Assembly: GCA_964016885.1 (NCBI GenBank)
Contig: OZ024745.1
Coordinates: 21,514,001 to 21,578,000, forward strand
DNA from: Eledone cirrhosa
Lineage: Eukaryota
DNA length: 64,000 nucleotides
Reading direction: 5' to 3'
Position 1 is the first letter of the stretch, and each line of letters starts with the position of its first letter. A program made the translations under genes and the position numbers. Under the pieces are notes generated by a model. It did not search any database. It had not been told where the DNA came from and was given only the letters and a program-made list of their open reading frames with translations. Below, piece after piece: positions 29,176-44,957 of the stretch.

Positions 29176-29463
29176 TAGAAACTCAAAATAGTCTCTTACA
29201 ATTAAAAAACTCAAGGAAAGAGATTTTTCCGAGCCGTATATTATAATTGAATATAAAAGAGAGATAAACACAGACATAAAGATGTATGTGTTCAAATCGT
29301 AAAGGACCAGATTCACTAAGGTGAAAAAGATACTAACTATTAACAATAGGGTTTGCCAGAGTTAATTTAAGAATAAATCAATTTAGCAAATCTGGTCCCT
29401 ACGATTTGAACACATACATGTATATGTATGTGTTTATCTCTCTTTTATATTCATTTATAATAT
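29176..29463 (-). mobile_element. Fold-back insertion of ribozyme family M in TA repeats
   Basis: Arms about 29238-29312/29389-29463; homologous to 42467-42672. Confidence 0.85.
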
Positions 29464-29507
29464 AAATACACATATATATATATACATATATATATATACA
29501 TATATGT

Positions 29508-29561
<54 letters not shown>

Positions 29562-29566
<5 letters not shown>

Positions 29567-29855
29567 TGTAATAAACAACATAAGGCAATTATTCCATTTA
29601 CCAGTGGTTTCTAAAAGCAAAAGATTTTGCTTTCAATCCTCAGAATGAAAAATCCTGGTCTGTTTATTGAATTTGGATATAAATAAACAGACCAGGATTT
29701 TTTCATTCTGGGGATTGAAAGCAAAATCTTTTGTTTTTAAGAAACCACTGGTAAATGGAATAATTGCCTTATGTTGTTTATTACATAACTATTAAGCTCT
29801 GTTACCTACATAGAGCACTTTTTTTCCTGGACTTTTCCGACGGAATTACTTCATT

Positions 29856-29858
<3 letters not shown>
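29562..29858 (+). mobile_element. Fold-back ribozyme element family A in (TA)n
   Basis: Arms about 29562-29668/29682-29791 and tail 29792-29858. Confidence 0.9.
29592..29650 (-). ncRNA. Type-I hammerhead ribozyme (mirror copy at 29701-29760 has a CTGGGGA core)
   Basis: TTCATT-CTGAGGA-TTGAAAGCAAAA TC TTTTGCTTTTA-GAAA-CCACTGG-TA-AATGGA. Confidence 0.85.
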
Positions 29859-30929
<1,071 letters not shown>

Positions 30930-31088
30930 TATAAATATACACGGCTGTGTATGATTGTATATAGAAGATTATACTAATAAAAGGAATACCGACTTTGTCT
31001 GATTTACTCGTTTTATTTACAATCCTTTAAAATTATAATGATATTATAATGAAATAGTATGATAGAATATTAAGTGTTAAATGTTAAT

Positions 31089-31127
31089 TGAACAAGTACT
31101 TTCATACTTTCGCAATCTTCAGGTTCA
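31089..31127 (-). ncRNA. Minimal type-I hammerhead ribozyme within dispersed repeat 30931-31131
   Basis: Second copy of 27900-27938 (TGAAC-CTGAAGA-TTGCGAAAGTAT-GAAA-GTAC-TT-GTTCA). Confidence 0.8.
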
Positions 31128-31365
31128 TATTCAGTGCTGAAAAAGCCACGACACAAGTCCCTGTCACTGAAATTAATTCTCCCCCTCCCCCCTCCCAAAC
31201 AAAAATACCAGTTATCAACCAACCTAGTCATAATACCCGCAATACCCGCTTAAACTTGTTCTCTCTTGGGGCCTCTGAGTGAGACTTGGAGTGACTCTCT
31301 TGGGGTCACTGAGTGAGACTTGGTGTGAGCCTGTACACACACAAATGAAGATCCAAACATTAAAA

Positions 31366-31580
31366 TAATAATTGTTTGTGCATTTAGCACAAGGCCAGCA
31401 ATTTGAAGGGAAGGAGAAAGTCGATTAAATCGACCCTAGTATGTTACTGGTACATTATTTTATCGAACTAGTACGGATGAAAAGCAATGATAACCTCGGC
31501 AGGGTTTGAAATCAGAAGTAAACGGTCATAACTCTATACCACAAAGCTTGTTTTCTGACGCTCTATCGATGCTGCCAATC
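31366..31580 (-). mobile_element. SINE family A copy
   Basis: Reverse complement of GATTGGCAG...GTCGATAAAATAA..TACCAGT...GCTGGCCTTGTGC. Confidence 0.75.
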
Positions 31581-31611
31581 CACTATGTGTCTCTATGTTT
31601 ATTAATTTTTC

Positions 31612-32390
31612 CCGTCGAACTCACCAGTCTGTTCGGTAGCATTTTCCGCCCGGGACCTATGGACAACTTCCAGAAGCCCCTGGCCTGGCAGTGCTACCGA
31701 GAAGCTCTACCCGTTCGATATAAGATCTACAGGCACGGACGCCTGTCCAAGATGCGAGCAGGACATTGAAACCGTCTTACACGCAATTGTACACTGCCCG
31801 GGCGTAAGCGACCTGTGGAACTATACAGAACAACTGCTATCGCGTATGGGACAAATCCAGTTGACTGCCGACTCCATAGTAAGGATCAAACCGCCAGCCT
31901 CTTTCAAAAACGAAAGAGAGGCGGTTTTCCTCTGTACAGTGACTATGGTGAAAGAGGTTATATGGTGGACGAGATTGAGAGGACTGCGGACAGATGCCCT
32001 TCTCTCCGGACAACAATTGATTCCCTTCTTTAAGTATCACTTTAGAAGGAGAATCAGAGTGGAGAGAGAGACACTGCATCCCGGTAAATTTACTGAAAGG
32101 TGGGCGAATGAAGCGAAAATGGCCCTAGTGATTGGGCCTTCTCTGTTTATAAGCCTGTAGGTTAAAGAAGAGAGCAAAGGGAAGAAAGGGGCACTTGCAC
32201 AACACGCTCCTGAAGTTGAGCGTTGTTCTATCGACGAGGTATTAAACAACACATTTGTGGTTTTTCCTCCCTATTGGGGATTTCGATTGTTATAATTTGT
32301 TTGAATATTTTTACACGACTGTATGTAAGATTCCCGGCATGTCTTTGTATTGTCCCCTTTTCTTGTGCGCCCTTGTGGCAAATAAAGAAA
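31612..32390 (+). mobile_element. 5'-truncated Tx1 relative ending in (TATC)n
   Basis: PGPMDNFQKPLAWQCYREALPVR...EVIWWTRL...FFKYHF; AATAAAGAAA then TATCTATC. Confidence 0.9.
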
Positions 32391-32517
32391 TATATCTATC
32401 TATCTATTTCATTTTTCCTGTATCTCTCTGTGCGCCTGTCTAGTTTCATCTGTATATTACCCTCTTTCTCTCTCCGCCCTCTCTCTCTCTCTGCACACAC
32501 ACACACACACATATATG

Positions 32518-32586
<69 letters not shown>

Positions 32587-32684
32587 ATGTGTGTGTGTAT
32601 ATATATATATACTTATATATGTATATATATGGAAGGGCTGTTTCGATGTGTATGCATGCATATATATCCATATCTATATATATC

Positions 32685-32739
<55 letters not shown>

Positions 32740-33039
32740 CCTATTCTCTCGCTTTCTGTTATCTGCCTCTATCACCCTTTCGCACGTTTGTCGTACACCC
32801 TACTTCACACATATATACGCCAATCATTACTACTCTTACTCACCACAAGCAAAACGCTTCGTACATCATCGACCACTCCTACCTCAGCACCAACCCTCAC
32901 CACTGTTCACCTCCTGCCCCCCGTTTCACTCTTCCAGGCAGTTATTCACACCTCTTCTCACGTCTTTGATCACCTCGTCTCCTTTTTCCCGCTCTTCAAT
33001 TTCTTGTATCTCCGCTACGACCATTGCTCACACCTTTAC

Positions 33040-33570
33040 AATAGCAAACACACACATACGCACAAAGGTGGCTGTACATTTACACATATTTGTATACACA
33101 CACACACACACATTCACACAAACACACACATACGCACAAAGGTGGCTGTACATTTACACATATTTGTATACACACACACACATTCACACAAACGCACACA
33201 TGTGCACAAAAGTGTCTGTACATTTACACATATTTGTATATACTCTCACACAAACACACACATGCGCACATATTTGCATATATACACACACGCACAAAAG
33301 TGTCTGTACATTTACATATATGTGTATACACACACACACACACACATACACACACATGTGCACAAAGGTGGCTGTACATTTACACATATTTGTATATATA
33401 CACACACACACACACACACACTCACATGTGCACAAGGGTGTTTGTACATTTACACATATTGTATACACACACACACACACACACTCACTCAAACAAACAC
33501 ACACATGCGCACAAAGGTGTCTGTGTATTTACACATACTTGTACATACACACATGTACAAACACACACAC
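33040..33570. repeat. Degenerate minisatellite, about 60-80 bp unit, about 7 copies
   Basis: Repeated CACAAAGGTGGCTGTACATTTACACATATTTGTATA(CA)n. Confidence 0.85.
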
Positions 33571-33640
33571 AAACACCTCCATGTACACATACACACGAAC
33601 ACATTACACGTACACTCAAAAATACACAAATATTAAACAA

Positions 33641-33690
<50 letters not shown>

Positions 33691-33878
33691 GTGGTGTTGT
33701 GTTCGTATATGCATATGCGTATTTGTATGGATACATATACATTTATATATGTGTATACACACATATATGTCTACAATACGTATGCAAATATGCCTGTATA
33801 ACTATACGTTTGTGTATAACATATATATATATATATATATTCATATATGTGCGTGTATTCATAATTACATACACGCGC

Positions 33879-33975
<97 letters not shown>

Positions 33976-34261
33976 ATATATATATGTATGTATATACGTT
34001 TATATATGTGCGTATGTGTATATTTGTATGTATGTGTGACATGCATTCGCCTCCCCCCTTTCGGTTTCTGTTGGGATCGTCGCTTCCATACTTCCATGAT
34101 TGTTTTTCTCAGCCATTATTTTCATTCTAACAACGCCGTCACTTTCAGCTCCAACATCCATATCTATTTATGTAGGCCGCCATTTTACTCCGTCTCTTAA
34201 TTCCGTAAATTATATATATATATATATATACAGTATATATATATATATATATGTATATATT

Positions 34262-34305
<44 letters not shown>

Positions 34306-34361
34306 TATATAAACACACATATATAAACACACATATATATATACATATATATATATATATG

Positions 34362-34401
<40 letters not shown>

Positions 34402-34441
34402 GATATATATATACACATATATATATATATAAATATATATA

Positions 34442-34475
<34 letters not shown>

Positions 34476-34567
34476 CTGTATATATATATAAATAACTGTG
34501 TATACATATATATATATATATATATATACATATATACATATATATATACATATATACATGTATGTAT

Positions 34568-34606
<39 letters not shown>

Positions 34607-35040
34607 GAGCGAGAGTTTCCAAGTATTTATGCCTCAGTAAATAACTATTGGTTTATTAATATATGGGGGTATATAAGGGATATATACGGTATAACGACAT
34701 ACACCTAAGAAAACAGTCTGTCACACATTCCTCAATTCATTGTTAAAGTGTTCCATATACATATATACATATATACATATATACATATATACATATATAC
34801 ATATATACACTTCTACTCAAACACTTACACGTATTAACAAACAGACATGCTGATGCACACATACACACATACACACGCATACATACTTCCAACTACAGTT
34901 GCTCACACACACACATCTTTAGGAGCACACACACATGCATATATGCAAGTGTGTGTATGTATATATACATTTCTTTGTATAATGCATAAGTATGTATGTG
35001 TGGAGTTTTTGTGTCCAAAACTATCTACCTAACCATCTAA

Positions 35041-35095
<55 letters not shown>

Positions 35096-35099
<4 letters not shown>

Positions 35100-35288
35100 A
35101 AAAAGTATGACGCCGACGGCAGAGCTCAAGCCGTTTCGACGGCTATTTCTGGTCTGAAATAGCCGTCGAAACGGTTTGAGCTCTGCCGTCGGGGGTCATA
35201 CTTTTTCCTATTTCCTACTCTACTAACCTAAATATTGAGTACTCTGGCGCGTTATGGTCCATCTGGTTCCTTACCACAATTCCTTTGT

Positions 35289-35290
<2 letters not shown>
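35096..35290 (+). mobile_element. Fold-back insertion of a diverged family G member in (TA)n
   Basis: Arms about 35096-35149/35156-35210 and tail 35211-35288. Confidence 0.9.
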
Positions 35291-35331
<41 letters not shown>

Positions 35332-35349
35332 ATATTTATATATATACAC

Positions 35350-35472
<123 letters not shown>

Positions 35473-35670
35473 AGGATCTGCTTGTGTGTGCGCGCGTATA
35501 TTATTTTTTAAACTATTTGTAGTAGAATATGCGGTTTTAAATATATATGCGCGTGTGATTGTGTATATACATAATATCTTCATGTATATAACTAATTACA
35601 AACACACACACATAAACACACACCACACAGACCTTAAGAACACACACACACACATATATGGGTGTCTGCT

Positions 35671-35709
<39 letters not shown>

Positions 35710-35763
35710 GAATATACAAAGACATACGCGCGTGACCACACAGACTCACACACGCGTACACAG

Positions 35764-35831
<68 letters not shown>

Positions 35832-35848
35832 ATTCAGAAACGAAATAC

Positions 35849-35889
<41 letters not shown>

Positions 35890-36171
35890 ACACGTTTAAA
35901 AATATCGATATAACGTAATTATCTTCTCTCCTATCTTTTTTCCTCAACACGACAACATACAAATCGTCAGAAATCTCCATATATATTTTTTAATTCTTTT
36001 TCTGCTGTTCACTTGCTTTTCTTTCTCTGTGTGAAGGTTGTGGGAAGGTTGTGGGAAGAGTTTTATGGAAATATTATTATATTTAGATTCTTTCACATTT
36101 ACATACGTTATATTATTATTTTTCAGTTGGTGCTGATGGATATTCTCAGGCGATTGAAATATATATTTGTG

Positions 36172-36228
<57 letters not shown>

Positions 36229-36724
36229 CACACACACACAGACGCACATATGCGTGTATGAGTATTTGTGTGTGTGTCTGTGTGTGTGTTTGTGTGTGTT
36301 AGTGTGTGTATTTAAGCAACATTGTATAAGGTTACTAGCTGGTTTCATGTTAATACGTGTGAACATTTAGATTTTTGTTCTTATGCATATCTCTCTCTCT
36401 TTCTCTCTTTCTCTCTCTCTCTGTACACACACACACACACGCACACACACACACACACACATATATATACGTATATATATATATATGTGTGTGTGGTTGT
36501 GTGTATATATATACATGTGTATATATATATATATATGTTAAATATATATGTATATATATATAAATGTTAAAAGCAAGAATATGCTCCTCACATTTCATTA
36601 ATTCTTCTTCTTCTTCTTCTTCTTCTTCTTCTTCTTCTTCTTCTTCTTCTCCACCACCCCTTCCTTCTTCTTCTTCACATTTAACATTTAATATATATAC
36701 ATATATATATATATGTATATATAT

Positions 36725-37118
36725 AATAATAATAAAAAAGAGTACTTTTTTCGCTCTACATGGCTGAATACAATAAATGTAATCTGAGTTTTTCGAATAT
36801 TAATAACATTCGATTCGTTTGCAATTATTCAAACAAGCCTCATTTTTTAAGCCATGTCAGTAGAATGAACCCTTCATTCTTGCTCTGGTGTTGGCATGTA
36901 AACAGAACTGCAGGGCGAGGGATTGGCAGTATCGGTAGAGGATCGGACGCCATGCTTTGCAGCATAGAGTTACGGCCCTTTGCAGTCTGAGTTCAAATTC
37001 CTCCCAGGTTAACTTTGCCTTTCATCCTTACGAGGTCGATAAAATAAAGTAATTGCTGGCCTTGTGCCAAAAGTAGAAACAATTATTAATATTCGAAAAA
37101 CTCAAATTACATTTATAT
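36725..37118. mobile_element. Fold-back element in (TA)n with 34-bp arms enclosing a SINE
   Basis: 36773-36806 pairs with 37083-37116. Confidence 0.65.
36918..37087 (+). mobile_element. tRNA-derived SINE family A
   Basis: A-box TGGCAGTATCGG, B-box GAGTTCAAATTCC, body GCCTTTCATCC...GGTCGATAAAATAAAGT, tail AACAATTATT. Confidence 0.88.
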
Positions 37119-37122
37119 AATG

Positions 37123-37210
<88 letters not shown>

Positions 37211-37409
37211 TTAATTGTAATTAATTGACAGCAAAGCGAGTGGAATATTCACTAAGCATCTTGGGAGAGACAATGTGCTAGTATTCGTGTTCATCATATA
37301 CATATGTGTATATAACTGTTTTAGTTAGGTGTAAGTAGGGAGTTAGTTGGTACGAATATAGGAATAACAGTTATAGTGACTGAATTTAGGAATTTGAATA
37401 TTAAATATT

Positions 37410-37882
37410 AGTATCGGAGTAAGTTTATTTAGAGAGCAGCGAGCGAAGTTTGAAAATTGAAATAGAAGGCTTCGCCGTATCTTTTGACTTAAAGAAATAG
37501 GCTAATAACAGGGCGTATAAACCGAACGAACGGGAAAATGATGGGTATTTAGCACATGGGAGTCGAACTGACACCTCTCGTTTACCGGATAAGTATGCTA
37601 CCTTCATAGTATCATTTGTAGCGTGGCGTGTTGTTGTTGTTGGTGTTGGTGTCTGTTTATACTGAGGCAGGACCAATGTGATTGGTGGAGACATTAGTAG
37701 GGGAATGGGAATATCTCTGTATCGTTAGAAGAAGAAGAAGAAGAAGAAGAAGAAGAAGAAGAAGAAGAAGAAGAAGAAGAAGAAGAAGAAGAAGAAGAAG
37801 AAGAAGAAGAAGAAGAAGAAGAAGAAGAAGAATTAATGAAATGTGACGAGCATATTCTTGCTTTTATTAACATATTCAACAT
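37410..37882 (-). repeat. Dispersed repeat containing an internal (CTT)n tract (37727-37830)
   Basis: Flanks match 36562-36605 and 8403-8538 in reverse complement; left boundary approximate. Confidence 0.75.
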
Positions 37883-39061
37883 GTTTATCTATTTAAGCAG
37901 TGTGTTGTGCAATTAATTCCACCATTAATCATATATCCTACTTAATATTAACTTCATTATTACATATATTTATAAACATCATCATATATATAATGTGACT
38001 AACTAGCAACTATACGTATTTTCTCCTCTCCTCTATCCCCTTATTTTCCTGTATCTACTTCGTTCGTCTTTTTTGGTCTTTCCTACATCTCTTTTCTCTC
38101 TGTTCCTATTTTCCGAAGAAAGTCTAGCGTGCGAAATACTATGTAATATATTATAATGTTTTGCCCATAAAATCTGTCCTATGATTCTTTCTTTAAGCAT
38201 TCTGACCATATATCCGTAGTATGGGAGCTGTTATTTCTCAATTCGGAGAAGTAGCGGCTCTACCTGAAGCGACTCTCTGTTTCCCGACGTCTATAGCAGT
38301 ATTTACATGCTACTAATTCTAATTATATATGTTAGTATGTATGTTTATAAACATATTATATATGATTATATATCTACTACTATTTTGAACCACGCTGAGT
38401 TATCTTTCTTGTCGCCCACACAGAGAAGAGTTACGTTTATATTTTATTGTAATCACTTGTAATGTGTGCAATAACATATCTGGATATCCATACTTGCGAT
38501 ACTATAAGTTACAGTGCAAACTCATTAAATTAAACAAGAATTCTACATCCAATAGAGCATGTTAGTCTATATCATTTGAAGTCTCCAATGAATGATATTC
38601 CTATTGCTTCCATATATTTATATGTTATTTACCTTTAAACATAATATAATTATCGATTTCTAACTTTCACACAAATCCAGAAATACGTAGCAAAAATTAC
38701 AGAATCAGATAAATCGATTCTAGTACTTCACTGATACTCGTACATTAGTATGTCTAGAGTAATATAAAGTTAATCCAACGGATTTTCAAATAAGAACAGG
38801 TAAATCCTTCAGTAAATACATTAAGGTATTTAGACCATAATACAGATATTTCCATGATTCCATTAATTTAAATACTTCTAATACTTATATGTGATATTGT
38901 ACAAATATTTAATATATAGTCACTTCAGCTTCCATTTTGCCGATGTTTCATACGTTATCTCTTATATATTAGTTCCTATTATATATCAGTGCAAATTAAA
39001 TGATCACATGATCACATGATTCAAATAATATAATGACTACGTCTGGATGTGTGGGTATATG

Positions 39062-39150
<89 letters not shown>

Positions 39151-39153
39151 TCA

Positions 39154-39218
<65 letters not shown>

Positions 39219-39328
39219 ATGTGTGTGTGTAAGTATGTATGTGTATATATATATATATTTAAATATATATATGTGTGGGGGTGTAGGAGTGTGTGTATGT
39301 GTATATCTGTATGTGGGGGCGGGTGTGG

Positions 39329-39422
<94 letters not shown>

Positions 39423-39737
39423 GTGAGTGAGTGTGTATGTGCCTGGTTGTGACTGTGAATTCATAGAGAGAAGGCTAAAGAGATGAGGTTGAAGAAATGT
39501 AGTAAGAAAGAGCTAGAAATAGAGTTATATGATCGATGTTATGTAAAATATGTCATTAACATATCATGTAGTCAGTAATCTACTATGCTAAGTCACTCGT
39601 ACTTCTCTCCAACCAATATGTTTGTGTTGATTCATCTTTTATCCCATTATAGTTGTCTGAACTTACTGCTTATATACATCTTTTAGTCTTTCCAAATGTG
39701 AATGAACCTAAGGCAGCTTCTTCAAGATGTAATTATG

Positions 39738-39795
<58 letters not shown>

Positions 39796-39801
39796 AAAAA
39801 A

Positions 39802-40130
39802 ATAGAGGTGTGACACACGAGTTGTGATATAAAAGGAAAAGAAAATGCTGACAAATTTTTCCTAGTGAAAAATAGTTTAATTACGAATAATGTGATGTTT
39901 GCTCTAATCAGATTAGAGCAAAGATCACGGGCGCTCTATCTCAAAATTATTTTTGAAAACATTCGAAATGCGCAACCGGTAAAAACTTAAAAGTAAAACT
40001 GAATACTAACCAATACTTATTACTAATTTATACTTATTCGTAATTAAACTATTTTTCACTGGGAAAAATTTGTCAGCATTTTCTTTTCCTTTTTACTAAT
40101 ATATCACAATTCGTGTGTCACACCTCTATT
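39802..40130. mobile_element. Fold-back or MITE-like element in (TA)n with about 90-bp terminal inverted repeats and an internal palindrome
   Basis: 39802-39890 pairs with 40034-40130; internal hairpin GTGATGTTTGCTCTAATC-A-GATTAGAGCAAAGATCAC at 39892-39928. Confidence 0.75.
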
Positions 40131-40170
40131 TAGAAAAAAAAAAAAATATATATATATATATATATATGTG

Positions 40171-40266
<96 letters not shown>

Positions 40267-40561
40267 TAATTACATGTATGTTTATATCTGTGTTTATCTC
40301 TCTTATATATATATATATATATATATATAGTATTAAGGATACTATTTATGGTTATGCATATACTAAAACCTTTTATAGTTATATATATTTTAAACCCTAA
40401 ACAGTGAACAACAGTAATTTATTACTACCTTATTACCAGTAAGATAAATAGCTCAATGTAATAACATCAGTTGTTCTACAGAGCAGTTATATCGAAATCA
40501 CATGAATCAAAGTTCTATTCAAACCATTTATTAGCTTACAATATATATATATATTCTATGG

Positions 40562-40938
40562 TATTAAATAAATGGAAACTATATTTATAAAACCATATTT
40601 ATTTTATTATATATATTTCTAGGGTGCCAAGACAACATTGGTACGCTTTCATCAGATAAAATACAAAGTTTGTTTTATAAATAGAGACATACCCATGAAA
40701 ATCATACCTTATCGGTTGGAAATTCACTGGATAGTCTTTGTATTTTAACTGATGAAAGCGTACCAATGTTGTCTTGGTACCCTAGATATATATATAATAA
40801 AATAAATATGGGTTTATAAATATAGTTTCCATTTATTTAATATTATTGAATTTTTACTCCAGTAAACTGTTGAGTGCTCTAAATCAGTTTTAAACATGTA
40901 TATTTGTCGGACTTCCAACAAATTAAATACCCCTTCTA

Positions 40939-40941
<3 letters not shown>
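40562..40941 (+). mobile_element. Fold-back ribozyme element family B in TA repeats
   Basis: Arms about 40562-40668/40736-40842 and tail 40843-40941. Confidence 0.88.
40602..40661 (-). ncRNA. Minimal type-I hammerhead ribozyme (mirror copy at 40742-40802 has GATA in place of GAAA)
   Basis: TTTTAT-CTGATGA-AAGCGTACCAA TGTTGTC TTGGCACCCTA-GAAA-TATATA-TA-ATAAAA. Confidence 0.82.
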
Positions 40942-40972
<31 letters not shown>

Positions 40973-41095
40973 GGAGGTGAGTTTTATTGTAGTACAATAA
41001 AGCAATGCAGATATCGGATAAGAAGCACTCTACAGTTTGTGGGACTGGAGTATGCATAATATAAGATCAAAAGATGGTTAAAGGAGTTCCATATA

Positions 41096-41162
41096 TTTTA
41101 TTATGCGCATTTCAAAAACAAACATCATCAAACAATAATATTTGTGTTTTCATCAGATAAAA
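41096..41162 (-). ncRNA. Minimal type-I hammerhead ribozyme
   Basis: Reverse complement of 41254-41320. Confidence 0.87.
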
Positions 41163-41253
41163 CAGGAGAACATGATATTTAAATCAACATATATGTTGAT
41201 TTAAAACTGCACTATCAACAAGTGTTTTTTAGCCTTCATATCATGTTCTCCTG

Positions 41254-41320
41254 TTTTATCTGATGAAAACACAAATATTATTGTTTGATGATGTTTGTTT
41301 TTGAAATGCGCATAATAAAA
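41254..41320 (+). ncRNA. Minimal type-I hammerhead ribozyme
   Basis: TTTTAT-CTGATGA-AAACACAAATATTAT TGTTTG ATGATGTTTGTTTTT-GAAA-TGCGCA-TA-ATAAAA; palindromic stem III. Confidence 0.88.
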
Positions 41321-41356
41321 TATATGGAACTCCTTTAACCATCTTTTGATCTTATA

Positions 41357-42062
<706 letters not shown>

Positions 42063-42064
42063 TT

Positions 42065-42879
42065 TAAGAGAGAGATAAACACAGATATAAACTAGGGTGA
42101 AAAAAATACAATTAACAATATGGTTTGTCAGACTCAATTTAAAACAATAAATCAAGAAAAGAAATACAAACCTATATTGGGCAACTGCCGGAACACCCAG
42201 ACTGCTTATGGTAGGCAGTTTCGCAATTTTAGCGAAGATAATTACCAATTCTTTGCTCATCAGTGGGTGTAAAATTAGTAATCCCTTCACTTCTAAGCAT
42301 CTCAGAAGACTGAATAGTGTGTAAATATAAAATAACGCACATGACATCAGAACCTAGCATGTTACATAAACGTACGCTACTAAAAATAGCAGCCAAGTTT
42401 ACACGATATTTAAATTATCTCGACAAAAATTGAAGGAGCCGACTATATCAAAGGTATATATTGAGTTAGAAACTCAAAATAGTCTCTTACAATTAAATAG
42501 CTCAAAGAAAGAGGTTTTTCTGAGCCGTGTAATATAATTGAATACAAAAGAAAGATAAACACAGATATATACATACCTGTGTTCAAATCGTAAGGGACCA
42601 GATTCGCTAGGGTGAAAAAAATACTAACTATTCACAATGTGGTTTGCCAGACTCAATTTAAAATAATAAATCAAGAAAAATAAAAACAAACCTATATAGG
42701 GCAACTGCCGGAACACCCTAGCGAACTTGGTCCCTTACGATTTGGACACATGTATGTTTATATCTGTGTTTACCTCTCTTTTATATTCAATTATATTATA
42801 CGGCTCAGAAAAACCTTTTTCCTTGAGCTATTTAATTGTAAGAGACTATTTTGAGTTTCTAACTCAATATATACCTTTG

Positions 42880-42884
<5 letters not shown>
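42065..42884 (-). mobile_element. Ribozyme element family M: complete 520-nt unit, partial tandem copy and inverted arm
   Basis: GCAACTGCCGGAACACCC at 42181 and 42701; inverted arms about 42444-42614/42714-42884. Confidence 0.88.
42193..42270 (-). ncRNA. Canonical type-I hammerhead ribozyme
   Basis: ACACCCA-CTGATGA-GCAA...TTGC-GAAA-CTGCCT ACCATA AGCAG-TC-TGGGTGT; 7-bp stem I, GUC triplet. Confidence 0.92.
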
Positions 42885-42942
<58 letters not shown>

Positions 42943-43939
42943 TTCGTACATATACGTGTACGTAGGTATAAAAGAAAGACTAAAATCAAACATACAAAAA
43001 CAATTCGTTTTATTCGTTTCACGTTTTGGAGGATAAATTATAGAAGTGGATTTTTATCAACTTTAGCAGAGCCCGTGAATATTTAGAGCAATATATATAT
43101 CTGTGTGTGTGAGTGTGTGTGTGTGTGTCTGTCTGTGCGTGTGTGTGAGGCGCCCACCAAATCTGAATTTAACCGACCAAGGTTAAATCTGGTCTTGGTC
43201 TTAATTTTGCTTTGACTTGTAACAAATTACTCATAATTTTAAATCTGCCCAATATTCTGTTTTTCATAACTCTCCAAAATATTGGATATATGAAACTTGA
43301 AGTAATAATTCGTAAAATCTCATTATGTTTTATTACTAAAAAAAAAGGGTGGTGCTTTGTCAGAATTATTAGGGCGTCGGATAGAATTCCTATGAATTAT
43401 TTTTAAAAGATATTAATACCTCCTTTATACCAAAATAGTATGTTAGATATAAAATATTTTAGTAACATAACTAATAAATAACATTGCAATCACTCTTTAA
43501 CAAAGCATCAGTGCGGTAGCATTCACTAAAAGCAGCCGGCTCATGATAGAATGTGAAATAAAATATAACTGTACCCGCTAGAAAAGCCCTTTTATTAAGA
43601 ACAATTCAAATTGGGTTTTAAAAACGCCAACGAGTTGATTGATGTCTCCGTGGGTGTCCGTGGGTGCATTTGAGGGGCTGGGGGAATTAAATGTTCATCA
43701 AAGATCACAAGGTATCCCAAGAGATGAAATAAGGCATTACGTCCAAGACTCTAAAAATCCCGCCAAACCTCAACTAAAGGTTGGTACTTTATTTATCTTC
43801 CTCGAGGATTGTGAAAAGCAAATATGACTTTGTCGAGAATTTTACTGAGAGTACTGCAGAGAACCCCAACAAATAGCGTGGATTATCTAATCCAACGCTC
43901 TAACGACGGCTATGATTATTGCTGTTGTTGTTGGTGTAG

Positions 43940-44120
43940 AGGATTGGCAGTATCTGTAGAGGGTCGGACGCCACACATAGAGTTACGGCCCTTTATGATC
44001 TGAGTTCAAATGCCGCCGAGGTTAACTATGCCTTTCATCCTTACGGGGTCGATAAAATAAAGTACCAGTAATGTACTGGGACAATTGCTGGCGTTGTGCC
44101 AAAACTAGAAACAATTATTA
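43940..44120 (+). mobile_element. tRNA-derived SINE family A
   Basis: Same A/B boxes and body as 36918-37087; a more degraded minus copy lies at about 43765-43910. Confidence 0.88.
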
Positions 44121-44896
44121 TCATCATCACCATTATCAACAACAACAACATCATCATCATAATTATGATGATGATAATCATCATCATCATCATCATCACC
44201 TGAGTATATTAATAATTTCTAAGCAGTTCTCAGCTTCACACCAATTTACATATTAGTTCACCCTTTTGAATTAAGAATCATTTTCAATGTCGCTATAAGG
44301 TGTTGTTTTCAACACGTCAGTGATCAAAATGAAACTTGCTCTGACAAGTTAAAATCCTTACCAACTGCGCAGTTACCTCTGTCTAAATATATTAATGCAC
44401 ACATTATGTATTTATGTATATATACTAGCATAACATCCGATGTTACTCAAGTTGAAAAATGTCTATAAATATACCAGAATTATTCTTCTTGAAATTATAT
44501 TCGATTTAATAAACCATATTGAATTTCTCGAGAAAAGTTATCTTTGGTGTAAGAAATTCCTTTCTTCCAAAATATTTATAGGATTGCGCTGTCTCATAAA
44601 ACGTACTAAAAATACTTACCCAATTCAAGTAAGTATATGCAATAGTGCTAATTCATGTGAAAGGGAAAACAGTTTTGATTAATTTGACACTATCACTAAG
44701 CATAGTCCATAGTCCTTTTTGTCGAACAACTATTTTAAATTAGCCAAATCCTCATTTGACTCTTATGGGCAACTTATTTTGTGTGTCCATTTCATGTCCT
44801 AACAGACAGAACTGCCTGGTCCACTTTCTTTTACTATTGTCCTTACCTAACAAATATACAAATTTAATATATAGATAAACACACACACACACACAC

Positions 44897-44957
<61 letters not shown>

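Noticed and set aside
38104-38145. CCGAAGA...GCGAAA hammerhead-like motif (and CTGACGA at about 63075)
   Set aside because: Stems I and III could not be paired convincingly, or the GAAA box is missing; possible relics but not called
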